A DNA stretch of 64,000 bases from Clostridiales bacterium (GCA_003452915.1 DMMZ01000042.1:22482-86481), one strand, 5' to 3'. Numbered from the stretch's first letter, positions 37,923 to 47,521 are shown. Numbers and translations: made by a program. Notes: generated by a model not told the origin, from the letters alone.

Positions 37923-38429
37923 ATGCCATTTTTAATACTTCTAATTTTTTTATTCCCTTTAATTATTATTTTCTTACCGATAATAATAGAAAAAAGAAGA
38001 ACCTCAATTTTTATAAAAAACAATCCAGACCATGTGAAAATGCAAATTTTTTCAGGGAGTAGTTCTTCATCTTACAAAATTAAAATTTTCTCAGTAAATG
38101 ATCAGAAACCCAACTTTATTGGTAATATCCTATATTTGATTCCCGGTAAAAATAAAATTATCGCACAGTATAAAGCCATAGACGAAAATCAAAAATATAA
38201 TCTTATGATAGGAAATCTATTAGGTGGGATAATTGGCACAATAGTAAATTTAATATCTTTAATTATGATGAAAAAAAACTTAAAAATGGCGAACCCCCTA
38301 AACGGAATTACCGTTGATATCGAAACTAAAAGAAAAGGGCATTATGAAATGAAGGCTGATCCCTATGAGGACACCATTAATATAATATGCTTTGAAAGTG
38401 AAAAACCCGATATTAAAACATATAAATAA
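37923..38429 (+). CDS. Hypothetical membrane protein (orphan, AT-rich)
   Basis: N-terminal TM helix (PFLILLIFLFPLIIIFLPIII) and a second helix (LLGGIIGTIVNLISLIMM). AAGGAG RBS. No recognisable family. Confidence 0.5.
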   Translation: MPFLILLIFLFPLIIIFLPIIIEKRRTSIFIKNNPDHVKMQIFSGSSSSSYKIKIFSVNDQKPNFIGNILYLIPGKNKIIAQYKAIDENQKYNLMIGNLLGGIIGTIVNLISLIMMKKNLKMANPLNGITVDIETKRKGHYEMKADPYEDTINIICFESEKPDIKTYK

Positions 38430-38517
38430 GTAAAATAACCTTTAGATTTTAAACAATTTTTATTTGATAGAACAACATCAAAGTATCATTCATCCTATTA
38501 ATTGACATATAAAACCA

Positions 38518-38552
38518 GTGCGTACGGAATATCTCGTACGCACCATTTTTTA
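38518..38552. terminator. Bidirectional rho-independent terminator
   Basis: gtgcgtacg / cgtacgcac 9-bp stem flanked by aaaacca and cattttttat. It lies between convergent genes. Confidence 0.7.
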
Positions 38553-38559
38553 TAAATAT

Positions 38560-41187
38560 CTACTTTGTTATCTTCCTCTGTACCATCTTAACAAGCTCCA
38601 CAATCGGGATAACCGATATTGCAAGTACGAGTGAAATCCCGTATTCGGTTAAAGTGATTGTTGCAAAGCCGAACATTTCGGAAAGGGCAGGAACATATAT
38701 AACCATTGCGGTTAGTACGAGTGATAGAATCATTCCACCATAGAGATACTTGTTATGTGATTTAAGCCTAAAGACAGAACCTCTTTGCGAACGAAGGTTA
38801 AAGGAATGGAATATTTCCGCAAGCGACATAGTTAAGAACGCCATTGTGACACCGTCATGACTGTCAACAAACTCCCAAACACCAGACTCTATATAATGTC
38901 CGATAAAATATGCTAAGAGTGTTAAAATAGAAACCATTATACCTTGATAAAGTATGTCAAAACCTGTTCCGCCCGAGAAAATACCCTCGTTCTTTTTTCT
39001 TGGCACACGCTGCATAAGGTTAGGCTCACCTTTTTCCATACCAAGAGCAAGCGCAGGGATGGAATCTGTAATAAGATTGATCCAAAGGATATGAACAGGC
39101 TTGAGGATTGTAAACCCGAGTACGGTTGCAACGAAAACGCTGATAACCTCGCTTAGGTTTGAGGATAGCAGGAATTGAATTGTCTTTTTTACGTTGTCGT
39201 AAATTCTTCTGCCTTCCTCAACAGCGGCGACGATAGTTGCAAAGTTATCGTCACCCAAAATCATATCCGCAACATTCTTTGTAACATCAGTACCCGTAAT
39301 ACCCATTCCGATACCGATATCAGCACTTTTTATTGATGGTGCATCGTTTACACCGTCACCTGTCATTGCTGTTATGCATTCCTTGGATTTCCAAGCGTTG
39401 ACTATACGTACCTTGTGTTCGGGCTGTACACGTGCGTATACGGAATATTTTTCTATCGTTGCGAAAAGTTCTTCGTCATTGATTTTGTCTAACTGTGAGC
39501 CTGTAATTGCCTGTGACCTGTCGGTAAGAATTTCAAGTTCTGTTCCGATTGCAACGGCGGTGTCTATATGGTCGCCTGTTATCATTACAGGACGAATCCC
39601 TGCTGCTCTGCATTTCAAAACAGCTTCTTTTACCTCAGGCCGTACAGGGTCAATCATTCCTGTCAGGCCGATATAAACAAGCTGGTTTTCCAAAGCATCG
39701 GGTTCGAAAGAAAAAGGAATTTCGGTGTATTCTCTGTATGCAGCAGCAAGCACACGTAAAGCTCTGTCTGCCATAGCCTTGTTTTCTGAAAGTATCTCTG
39801 CACGAAGTGCAGGATTTAATTCTATTACCTCATTGTTTATAAGCGCATGAGTACATTTTTTAAGCAGTTCGTCGGGTGCGCCTTTTGTGTATTGAATAAA
39901 TTTATCTTCATACTTATGGACAGTGGACATCATCTTTCGCATTGAATCGAAGGGTGCTTCGCCAATTCTGGGGTAAATTATCTTCAAATCATTTTTGTTG
40001 AGCGAATTTTTGTAAGCAAAGGTAACCAAAGCTGCTTCGGTAGGCTCACCTGTAACAACACCGTTTTTGTCAATATTAACATCGGTACAGAGTGCCATTG
40101 CGGTTGCAAGCAGGTCGGAGTTATTGGAATGATGCTCAACAACCGTCATTCTATTTTGTGTGAGAGTGCCTGTTTTGTCCGAGCAGATTATCTGCGTACA
40201 GCCGAGAGTCTCGACAGCGGTAAGCCTTCTTATTACAGCATTCCGCTTTGCCATTTTGGAAACACCGATAGAAAGCACGATGGTAACAACAGCACTTAAC
40301 CCTTCGGGAATAGCAGCAACAGCAAGAGAAACTGATACCATAAATGCGTCTAAAAGAACCTCGCTCTCGAAGCTGCCTGCTCTTATTACACCAAAAACGA
40401 ATATAAATCCACATATTCCAAGCACCAAAAATGTAAGGATTTTACTTAACTGAGATAGTTTTACTTGGAGAGGAGTTTTTTCTTCTTTTGCATCGTTAAG
40501 AGCCTTTGCAATTCTACCCATCTCAGTATTCATGCCTGTACCGGTAACAACCGCAACACCTCGACCGTAAACAATCGAACTGCCCATATAAACCATATTC
40601 TTACGGTCACCGAGCGTAATTTCATCTTCAGAAGAGGTTAATGTCACGGAAGTTTTTGTAACGGGCAGAGATTCACCTGTTAAAGCAGCTTCTTCAGCTT
40701 TAAGAGAAGCAACCTCAATTAATCTTGCGTCGGCAGGGATAGAATCGCCTGCCTCGAGAAGGATTATATCACCGACAACAAGCTCTTCACTCTTGACAAT
40801 CTTAACTTCACCGTCACGTAAAACTCGGCTTGTAGCCTTGGTCATCTCACGCAGAGCTTCGATAGCTTTCTCTGCTTTGCTCTCCTGAACAACACCAAGT
40901 ATAGAATTCAATATAACTACAAAAAGTATAATGAACACATCGGCAAAGGAATGACCTTCGTAATAGGATGTAATACCCGAAATTAATGCAGCAACAAGCA
41001 GAATAATTATCATCGGGTCTGCAAGTTGTTTTAGAAATCGGCTGAATAACGAAACCTTTGGCGGATCGGCAAGCCTGTTTGCACCGTTTTGCTGCAAGCG
41101 TGCTTCAGCTTCTTGATTTGTTAAACCCTTTGCGGTTGTTTTAAGGTCATCTAAAACTTTGTTTTTATCAGATAAATAAAATTTCAT
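38560..41187 (-). CDS. P-type (P2) cation-transporting ATPase, probably a Mn2+/Ca2+ exporter
   Basis: 875 aa with the motifs TGES, ICSDKTGTLTQN, MITGD and GDGVNDAPS and about 10 TM helices. It is preceded by a Mn2+ riboswitch. Confidence 0.9.
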   Translation of the reverse strand: MKFYLSDKNKVLDDLKTTAKGLTNQEAEARLQQNGANRLADPPKVSLFSRFLKQLADPMIIILLVAALISGITSYYEGHSFADVFIILFVVILNSILGVVQESKAEKAIEALREMTKATSRVLRDGEVKIVKSEELVVGDIILLEAGDSIPADARLIEVASLKAEEAALTGESLPVTKTSVTLTSSEDEITLGDRKNMVYMGSSIVYGRGVAVVTGTGMNTEMGRIAKALNDAKEEKTPLQVKLSQLSKILTFLVLGICGFIFVFGVIRAGSFESEVLLDAFMVSVSLAVAAIPEGLSAVVTIVLSIGVSKMAKRNAVIRRLTAVETLGCTQIICSDKTGTLTQNRMTVVEHHSNNSDLLATAMALCTDVNIDKNGVVTGEPTEAALVTFAYKNSLNKNDLKIIYPRIGEAPFDSMRKMMSTVHKYEDKFIQYTKGAPDELLKKCTHALINNEVIELNPALRAEILSENKAMADRALRVLAAAYREYTEIPFSFEPDALENQLVYIGLTGMIDPVRPEVKEAVLKCRAAGIRPVMITGDHIDTAVAIGTELEILTDRSQAITGSQLDKINDEELFATIEKYSVYARVQPEHKVRIVNAWKSKECITAMTGDGVNDAPSIKSADIGIGMGITGTDVTKNVADMILGDDNFATIVAAVEEGRRIYDNVKKTIQFLLSSNLSEVISVFVATVLGFTILKPVHILWINLITDSIPALALGMEKGEPNLMQRVPRKKNEGIFSGGTGFDILYQGIMVSILTLLAYFIGHYIESGVWEFVDSHDGVTMAFLTMSLAEIFHSFNLRSQRGSVFRLKSHNKYLYGGMILSLVLTAMVIYVPALSEMFGFATITLTEYGISLVLAISVIPIVELVKMVQRKITK

Positions 41188-41211
41188 TGTTAAAACAATA
41201 CCTCCTAAAAA

Positions 41212-41372
41212 TAATAAAAAAGACCCTTACAGCGTAATCACTGTAAAAGTCTTGCTAGATACATAAAATGTACCGGATTGACCAAGTAAAAAACACCAAA
41301 AGGTTTTTTTTACTGATCAATCCTGAGAATAAATGCAACGCAAATATTCGTTAGCTACTCCCTTTCACATGA
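41212..41372 (-). promoter_or_regulatory. yybP-ykoY (Mn2+) riboswitch with a terminator expression platform
   Basis: The minus strand reads GUGAAAGGGAGUAGC...GGUCAAUCCGGUACAUUUUAUGUAUCUAGCAAGACUUUUAC. This matches the conserved AAAGGGGAGUAGC and GACAUAC..GUAUGU.UAGCAAGACCUUU blocks. P1 pairs GUGAAAG with CUUUUAC. The terminator gacttttacag/ctgtaagggtc plus TTTTTTATT shares the P1 3' strand. Confidence 0.8.
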
Positions 41373-41374
41373 AA

Positions 41375-41403
41375 ATATTACCATATATATGCATTATTGT
41401 CAA
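41375..41403 (-). promoter_or_regulatory. Sigma-A promoter of the riboswitch-ATPase unit (TTGACA-17-TAATAT)
   Basis: The minus-strand ttgaca is the reverse complement of 41398-41403. A 17-nt spacer follows, then taatat (reverse complement of 41375-41380). The predicted start site falls at the first base of the riboswitch P1. Confidence 0.65.
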
Positions 41404-41418
41404 TATAATAATCTAAAG

Positions 41419-41447
41419 TTGACATACGCTTAGATTTATTATATAAT
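41419..41447 (+). promoter_or_regulatory. Consensus sigma-A promoter of gltX-glnS (TTGACA-17-TATAAT)
   Basis: ttgaca at 41419-41424, an exact 17-nt spacer, and tataat at 41442-41447. Confidence 0.7.
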
Positions 41448-41513
41448 ATTCTAATTAAAATATTCCAATATAGGATGGTAGTTTGAATACGATTATTCAA
41501 ACTTTAGAAAGGC

Positions 41514-43160
41514 ATGATTAAAAATATGGACTACATTGCTTTGGCAGAGTTGCTTTTTCCGAACGTAAATAAGACAACCGAATACTACGAGGATATGTAC
41601 CCCGAACGTGTTTTACCCGAGGGAGCTAAGGTTACTCGTTTTGCACCAAGCCCAACAGGGTTTGTACATTTTGGCGGTCTTTTTCCTGTTTTGGTTGATG
41701 TACAACTTGCACGTCAGAGCGGCGGTGTCTGCTACCTTAGAATTGAGGACACAGACTCAAAAAGAGAAGTTAAAGGCGCAGAGCTTGATATTATAAACGC
41801 TTTTAAAGCATTCGGTATTTCTTTTGATGAGAGCATTGTAAAGAGCGGAGCATACGGTCCGTACAGACAAAGTGAACGTAAGGAAATTTATCACACCTTT
41901 GCAAAAAAACTTGTTGCCGAGGGTAAGGCTTACCCTTGCTTTTGCAGTCAAAAAGAAATGGAAGATATGCGAAAGCTCCAGAAATCACAAAAAGAAACAA
42001 CCGGTTATTACGGGAAGTATACAAAGTGCAGAGATTTAACACTTGAACAAGTTAAAAATAAACTTGATTCAGGTATGTCTTATGTTCTTCGTTTAAAGTC
42101 TTTCGGAAACAGTAACAATAAAATAAAATTTACCGACCTTATTAAGGGTACAATAGAAATAACCGAAAATGACATCGACCATATATTGTTGAAAAGTGAC
42201 GGAATGCCTGATTATCATCTTGCTCATGCGGTTGATGATCATCTGATGCGTACAACACATGTTGTAAGAGGCGAGGAGTGGCTTCCAAGCTTACCTTATC
42301 ATATTCAGCTTTTTGCAGCGTTTGGTTTCAAGCTGCCAAAATATATGCACATCGCCCAGCTTATGAGACTAGACGGAACATCAAAGAAAAAGCTCTCAAA
42401 GCGTGATAAGGGTGCAGGGCTGACCTCCTATATTTCGGATGGTTATGCACCCAAGGCGGTTATTGAATATGTCCTTACTCTTCTTAACTCAAACTTTGAG
42501 GACTGGCGAAGAGCAAATCCGGACGCTGATGTAAGAGAATTTCCCTTCTCAATAAAAAAAATGAGTGCTTCTGGCGCACTCTTTGACCTTATAAAGTTAA
42601 ACGATGTGAGCAAAAATGTACTGTCACGTATGACAACCGAACAAATTTATGACCGTCTTACCGAGTGGGCAAAAGTCTATGACAAGAAGTTTTACGGTGT
42701 CTTGACACGACAACCTGATTTTACACTCGCAATTCTTTCAATCGGCAGGGGCGGACCAAAGGCTCGTAAAGATTTTGGACGCTGGGATGAGGTTAAGCCA
42801 TTTATAGGCTTCTTCTTTAAGGAATACTTCAAGGTAACAGATCAACCCGAAGGTGATTTCAAAAAAGATGACATTAAAAACGCGATAACCGAATACCTAA
42901 GCATCTATAATCCCGAGGACGACAAGGAAACATGGTTTGAAAAAATAAAGGTTGTTGCTGAGAAAACAGGTTTTTGTCCCAGCACAAAAGATTACAAACA
43001 GAATCCTGAAGGCTGGAAGGGTCATGTTGGCGACACAAGCATGTTCATCCGCCTTGCGATTACTGGCAGATTGAATTCACCTGATTTATTCACTGTAATG
43101 CAGATTCTCGGCGGTGATGAGTGTAAGAAGAGATTAAAGAACTACCTAAAGAACATTTAA
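41514..43160 (+). CDS. gltX: Glutamate--tRNA ligase
   Basis: RFAPSPTGFVHFGG (HIGH-type motif) and KLSKR (KMSKS-type motif). The glutamyl-tRNA synthetase catalytic core is recognisable. 548 aa. Confidence 0.9.
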   Translation: MIKNMDYIALAELLFPNVNKTTEYYEDMYPERVLPEGAKVTRFAPSPTGFVHFGGLFPVLVDVQLARQSGGVCYLRIEDTDSKREVKGAELDIINAFKAFGISFDESIVKSGAYGPYRQSERKEIYHTFAKKLVAEGKAYPCFCSQKEMEDMRKLQKSQKETTGYYGKYTKCRDLTLEQVKNKLDSGMSYVLRLKSFGNSNNKIKFTDLIKGTIEITENDIDHILLKSDGMPDYHLAHAVDDHLMRTTHVVRGEEWLPSLPYHIQLFAAFGFKLPKYMHIAQLMRLDGTSKKKLSKRDKGAGLTSYISDGYAPKAVIEYVLTLLNSNFEDWRRANPDADVREFPFSIKKMSASGALFDLIKLNDVSKNVLSRMTTEQIYDRLTEWAKVYDKKFYGVLTRQPDFTLAILSIGRGGPKARKDFGRWDEVKPFIGFFFKEYFKVTDQPEGDFKKDDIKNAITEYLSIYNPEDDKETWFEKIKVVAEKTGFCPSTKDYKQNPEGWKGHVGDTSMFIRLAITGRLNSPDLFTVMQILGGDECKKRLKNYLKNI

Positions 43161-43177
43161 AGGAGTTAAATTGCTGT

Positions 43178-44833
43178 ATGGATGATAATAAAAATATAAA
43201 AAACTTTCTGTACGAAATAATCGAGTCTGATCTGGAGAGCGGAAAAGTTAAGGAGATTCAAACTCGTTTTCCTCCCGAGCCTAACGGCTATCTGCATATC
43301 GGCTCTGCAAAAGCTATATATATCAACTATAATGCTGCTAAAAAATTCGGAGGTAAGTTTAACCTTCGTTATGACGATACAAACCCTGCAAAAGAAGATG
43401 AAGAATATGTAAAGTCAATATACGAGGATATTACATGGCTTATCGGCGAAAAGCCGGATGCAGTTCTTTACGGCAGTGATTATTTTGACAAATGCTATGA
43501 ATATGCTGTAAAACTAATAAAAGACGGAAAAGCCTATGTATGTAACCTTTCCGCCGATGAAATGCGTGAATACAGAGGAACGTTAACTGAATCGGGTAAA
43601 GAAAGTCCATACCGCAACAGAAGTATCGAGGAAAATCTCACTCTTTTTGAAAAAATGAAAAGTGGCGAGCTGCCTGACGGGTACTGTACGCTCCGTGCTA
43701 AAATCGATATGTCGTCTTCCAATATGAATTTGCGTGACCCTGCAATTTACAGGATTCTGCATACTGACCATCACAGGCAGGGCAGTAAGTGGTGTATATA
43801 TCCACTCTATGATTACGCACACCCGATACAGGATGCTCTTGAGGGAATTTCCCACTCAATGTGTTCAATAGAATTCGAGAATCATCGTCCTCTTTATGAC
43901 TGGGTTGTAGACAACATAGACTTCGAAAAAAAACCACACCAGTATGAGTTTGCAAAACTTAACATTAGCTATACTTTAATGAGCAAGCGTTATCTTCGCC
44001 GCCTTGTCGAAACAAAGGTTGTTGACGGTTGGGATGACCCCAGAATGCCGACACTTTGTGCTTTACGCCGCAGAGGTTATACTCCGAGTGCGATTTTTGA
44101 TTTTGTCGAGAGGGCAGGTGTGGCAAAGAATTATTCGTTAGTTGATATAGCTCTACTTGAACATTGCATCAGGGAGGAGCTTAACAACTCTGCTCAGAGA
44201 AGAATAGCGGTGCTTGACCCGATTAAGGTTATAATCGAGAATTACCCCGAAAATGAAACCGAATACTTTGAGATAAGCAATAATCCTAACGATGAAAACA
44301 CAGGAAAACGTAAAGTTGCTTTTACAAAAGAGATTTGTATCGATGCCGAAGATTTTTCGCTTGAACCGCCGCCTAAGTTTTTCCGCTTAAAGCCAGATGG
44401 CGAAGTGAGACTTATGGGTGCATATATAATTAAATGCAAGAACATTGTCTTAAACGATGACGGAAGTGTAAAAGAAATTATCTGTACTGCTGACATCGAA
44501 AGCAGTAACAAAAATCCGATAGACGGCAGAAAGATAAAAGGTACTATTCATTGGGTTTCAACAACCGAGTGTATTGATGCGGATATTTATATATACGACA
44601 AGTTGTTCAGCATTGAGAACACCGGAGCCATTGCAGAGGGTGAGAGCTATGATGATTATCTCAAAAAGGATTCGGTAAAAATAAAGAAAAACTGCAAGCT
44701 TGAAAAATCACTTGCCGATGCAAAACCGGGTGAGCGTTTCCAATTTGTCCGCACAGGCTATTTCTGCAAGGATATCAAGAATGCTAACTCATTTAATCAA
44801 ATTGTAGAGTTAAAAGATTCAAAACCATTTTAA
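43178..44833 (+). CDS. glnS: Glutamine--tRNA ligase
   Basis: RFPPEPNGYLHIGSAKA, LMSKR, and a C-terminal anticodon-binding beta-barrel (FQFVRTGYFC). Confidence 0.92.
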   Translation: MDDNKNIKNFLYEIIESDLESGKVKEIQTRFPPEPNGYLHIGSAKAIYINYNAAKKFGGKFNLRYDDTNPAKEDEEYVKSIYEDITWLIGEKPDAVLYGSDYFDKCYEYAVKLIKDGKAYVCNLSADEMREYRGTLTESGKESPYRNRSIEENLTLFEKMKSGELPDGYCTLRAKIDMSSSNMNLRDPAIYRILHTDHHRQGSKWCIYPLYDYAHPIQDALEGISHSMCSIEFENHRPLYDWVVDNIDFEKKPHQYEFAKLNISYTLMSKRYLRRLVETKVVDGWDDPRMPTLCALRRRGYTPSAIFDFVERAGVAKNYSLVDIALLEHCIREELNNSAQRRIAVLDPIKVIIENYPENETEYFEISNNPNDENTGKRKVAFTKEICIDAEDFSLEPPPKFFRLKPDGEVRLMGAYIIKCKNIVLNDDGSVKEIICTADIESSNKNPIDGRKIKGTIHWVSTTECIDADIYIYDKLFSIENTGAIAEGESYDDYLKKDSVKIKKNCKLEKSLADAKPGERFQFVRTGYFCKDIKNANSFNQIVELKDSKPF

Positions 44834-44945
44834 GAATACTACTTCTCATAGGAAACAATAAGAAAAATTCTTCGAAAAAGTTCATAGATCAAAGACTTTT
44901 CTTCGAATTTATCACTGTTTCTAGTTCGAATTAGTATAATAAGAA

Positions 44946-44984
44946 AGCCTTGAGAAAAATTCTCAAGGCTAATTTTCTGATTTT
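44946..44984. terminator. Bidirectional terminator after glnS
   Basis: agccttgaga / tctcaaggct 10-bp stem with a 5-nt loop, followed by aattttctgatttt. It overlaps the stop codon of the convergent gene at 44969. Confidence 0.7.
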
Positions 44985-45370
44985 GTAAGTCTTTTTATTA
45001 TCCTAAGAATGATCGCAGTAATAATTAAAAATCCACCGCAAAAAATTACTGTCAAAACAAGGTGTGTAAACAATTCTAAATTAATAAAATCGTCCCAACT
45101 GATTGTAAACTTGGCATTTTCGATTGTTTTAATTCTGTCTTTCTGGTAGATAAACAACCCAGCCAGATTAAATATAGTCCATGCTGACATTATATATTTT
45201 GATGCAGGTAGATATGCACAGTAAACATAGAGTGCGGTATAGATTAATGAAAAAATCACAACACGTAGCCATCCGACCTTATCACTCTGAATCGACATAA
45301 ATATATGCATTCCGCAAGTCAATGCAGAAAGTACCACAGATACAATCAAATTGGATTTTGTTAATTTCAT
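44969..45370 (-). CDS. Small membrane protein, unknown function
   Basis: 133 aa with four hydrophobic helices. It is the last gene of a minus-strand run. Confidence 0.5.
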   Translation of the reverse strand: MKLTKSNLIVSVVLSALTCGMHIFMSIQSDKVGWLRVVIFSLIYTALYVYCAYLPASKYIMSAWTIFNLAGLFIYQKDRIKTIENAKFTISWDDFINLELFTHLVLTVIFCGGFLIITAIILRIIKRLTKSEN

Positions 45371-45391
45371 ACGGATTGCTTCACCTCGCTT

Positions 45392-45820
45392 TTATTGTCT
45401 TACAGTTAAGAATTCCTTAATTTTTTCATAAGCTTCTTCGGGTGATTCTATAGTTAAGCATAGTTTTTCAAGCGGACAGTGGTCGTCACCTCTGCGATTT
45501 TTTATAAAGGGAACAAGAGTGCCGTAAGTACAAGGAATTTTTGCTTTTTCAAGTACAGAAACAGCTTTTTCGCTTAATATCTCACCATAAACTTCAGCAA
45601 CACCGCCATTAATAAATAGAAATGCTGCAGCACCACCGATAACTTTATCCGCCGCTACCGAATTATTTAGCGTATTATTACCGTTTTCCAACAACTCTAA
45701 AACCGGTTTAACACCATTCTTATCTGAGGTATAAACTTCGTTATCTTTTATCACAACAAGTGATAAATTATTTTGTTTAAGCAGTTCCTTCGCTCTTTCT
45801 GTTTCCTTTTTCAAGTGCAA
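45392..45820 (-). CDS. DUF1893 (TM1506-like) domain protein
   Basis: LSLVVIKDNEVYTSDKNGVKPVLELL...AADKVIGGAAAFL...IPCTYGTLVPFIKNRRGDDHCPLE matches my recollection of the DUF1893 family. Confidence 0.6.
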   Translation of the reverse strand: MHLKKETERAKELLKQNNLSLVVIKDNEVYTSDKNGVKPVLELLENGNNTLNNSVAADKVIGGAAAFLFINGGVAEVYGEILSEKAVSVLEKAKIPCTYGTLVPFIKNRRGDDHCPLEKLCLTIESPEEAYEKIKEFLTVRQ

Positions 45821-46316
45821 ACCTCCTCAAAGCATAGACGATGGGGGGTATAATTACAAGCTGTATAGCAACACCCGGCAGGCCTTTTAAAAACGAAGTC
45901 CATACCGCAAGAGGTGCTGCCTTTTCCATATCAAAAATATATAAAGCTATTGCTAATGAACCGGCATAAACCGCTCTGCTCAATATCATTCCAGATATCA
46001 GGACAGGATAAAGCAATTTTGTTTTCGTGGATAAATATCCGCTTACAAGTCCATATATACATAATTCGATTATCATAAACGGAAGGATTGCTACTGGTGG
46101 CATACCTATTATAATAAAAGACAAAGCAGGTGAAAGGACACCTATTATAGCTCCATATAAAGGTCCGAGTAACAATCCTCCGATTAACACAGGAATGTGC
46201 ATGGGTAAAAATATTGTTCCAGCAGCAGGACCACCGAAGTGGAACAGTTGCGGAATCAGAACACCTGAAGCTAACAACAGTGCGGTATAGACTAATTTCT
46301 GTAGGTTTATTTTCAT
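45777..46316 (-). CDS. ECF-transporter S (substrate-capture) component, substrate unknown
   Basis: About 180-aa six-helix protein, Gly/Pro-rich (FLPMHIPVLIGGLLLGPLYGAIIG). ATG 46316 with a GGAAGGAAG RBS is preferred over the track start at 46343. Confidence 0.6.
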   Translation of the reverse strand: MKINLQKLVYTALLLASGVLIPQLFHFGGPAAGTIFLPMHIPVLIGGLLLGPLYGAIIGVLSPALSFIIIGMPPVAILPFMIIELCIYGLVSGYLSTKTKLLYPVLISGMILSRAVYAGSLAIALYIFDMEKAAPLAVWTSFLKGLPGVAIQLVIIPPIVYALRRFALEKGNRKSEGTA

Positions 46317-46361
46317 TACTAATCTTCCTTCCGGACTCTGCAATACTGGTATATTTAAGAT

Positions 46362-47495
46362 TTATTTTTTACTTTTTTTAAATAGTTCGGCTGCTAGCTT
46401 CATCTGCTTTGGTATTCCGATCGTTTGCGGACAATGTTTTGTGCAAACACCACATTCGGTGCATTTATCAGGATGTTTTTCCGGTGCAAGATTTTCCACA
46501 TTATCTTGTAAAGCATAAGAATCTTTTGTTAGTGAATAATCGTTATAAATTTTAAAAACAAGAGGAATATCTACTCCTGACGGACATTCCATGCAATAAC
46601 GGCAGGCGGTGCAGGGAATAGTCTGTGTCTTCTTGTAGGTTTCAAGAGCGTCCTGCAATACATCATTTTCTTCTACTGACAATGGAGAAAAAGGTGAAAA
46701 ACTGCTTATATTGTCTTCAACTTGTGTAAAATCACTCATTCCACTAAGAACGGTCAACACATTAGGGAAGGAAGCTGCATATCTGATCGCCCAGGAAGCA
46801 ATGCTTCGGTCGGGTGAATATCCTTTTAAAATATCGTTTGCTTCTGTGCTGAGAGAAGCTAATGCCCCACCTCTGACAGGCTCCATAACGATACATTGAA
46901 TGCCTTTTGCATTGACAAGCTCATATAGTTTCTTTGAGTCCTGAAGAGTCCAGTCAAGATAATTAAGCTGTATCTGCACGAAATCCCAATCGAAAGTATT
47001 GAGCATCAATTCCATAACATCGGGTGTGTCGTGGAAGGAAAAACCTAGGTGCTTTATTTTTCCTTGCTTTTGGTATTCTTTGAATTTATCATAGATTCCA
47101 AGATTGACAATCTTGTCATATTTATCTTTTGAAATAGCATGCATTAGATAATAATCAAAATATTCTACATCGCACTTTTTGAGCTGCTCTTCGAATATTT
47201 GGGCAGCTTTTTCAAGTGTTTTTACCCCCCATAAAGGCAGTTTATCCGCAAGGTAAAAGCTATCTCTTGGATACTTTTTAAGAGCTTGACCGATAAAAAG
47301 TTCACTTTCTCCCTCATGGTATATGTATGCGGTGTCGAAATAATTTACACCTTTAGAAATCGCATAATCTATAAGCTCTGTTGCAGATTTATCATCAATC
47401 TTGGATGAATTGCTGCTTATAACTGGGAAACGCATACAACCGAAGCCTAATAATGATACTTTTTCTTCGCTTTTTCCATAACACCTATATTCCAT
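46362..47495 (-). CDS. Aldo/keto reductase with a C-terminal 4Fe-4S ferredoxin-type domain
   Basis: AKR N-terminus (LGFGCMRFP...NYFDTAYIYHEGESE). The C-terminus has two cysteine clusters (CTACRYCMECP, CTECGVCTKHCP). Confidence 0.8.
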   Translation of the reverse strand: MEYRCYGKSEEKVSLLGFGCMRFPVISSNSSKIDDKSATELIDYAISKGVNYFDTAYIYHEGESELFIGQALKKYPRDSFYLADKLPLWGVKTLEKAAQIFEEQLKKCDVEYFDYYLMHAISKDKYDKIVNLGIYDKFKEYQKQGKIKHLGFSFHDTPDVMELMLNTFDWDFVQIQLNYLDWTLQDSKKLYELVNAKGIQCIVMEPVRGGALASLSTEANDILKGYSPDRSIASWAIRYAASFPNVLTVLSGMSDFTQVEDNISSFSPFSPLSVEENDVLQDALETYKKTQTIPCTACRYCMECPSGVDIPLVFKIYNDYSLTKDSYALQDNVENLAPEKHPDKCTECGVCTKHCPQTIGIPKQMKLAAELFKKSKK

Positions 47496-47521
47496 TTGAT
47501 CAAACCCTTTCTTAATTAAAA

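Noticed and set aside
41404-41513. A T-box leader upstream of gltX, and likewise upstream of alaS at 55523-55575.
   Set aside because: The distance from the predicted promoter to the start codon is only about 50-70 nt. That is far too short for a T-box, and no T-box sequence is present.
43178-44833. The presence of both GluRS and GlnRS as a possible anomaly.
   Set aside because: Many Clostridia encode a genuine GlnRS. Both proteins have intact class I motifs and the tandem arrangement is unremarkable.
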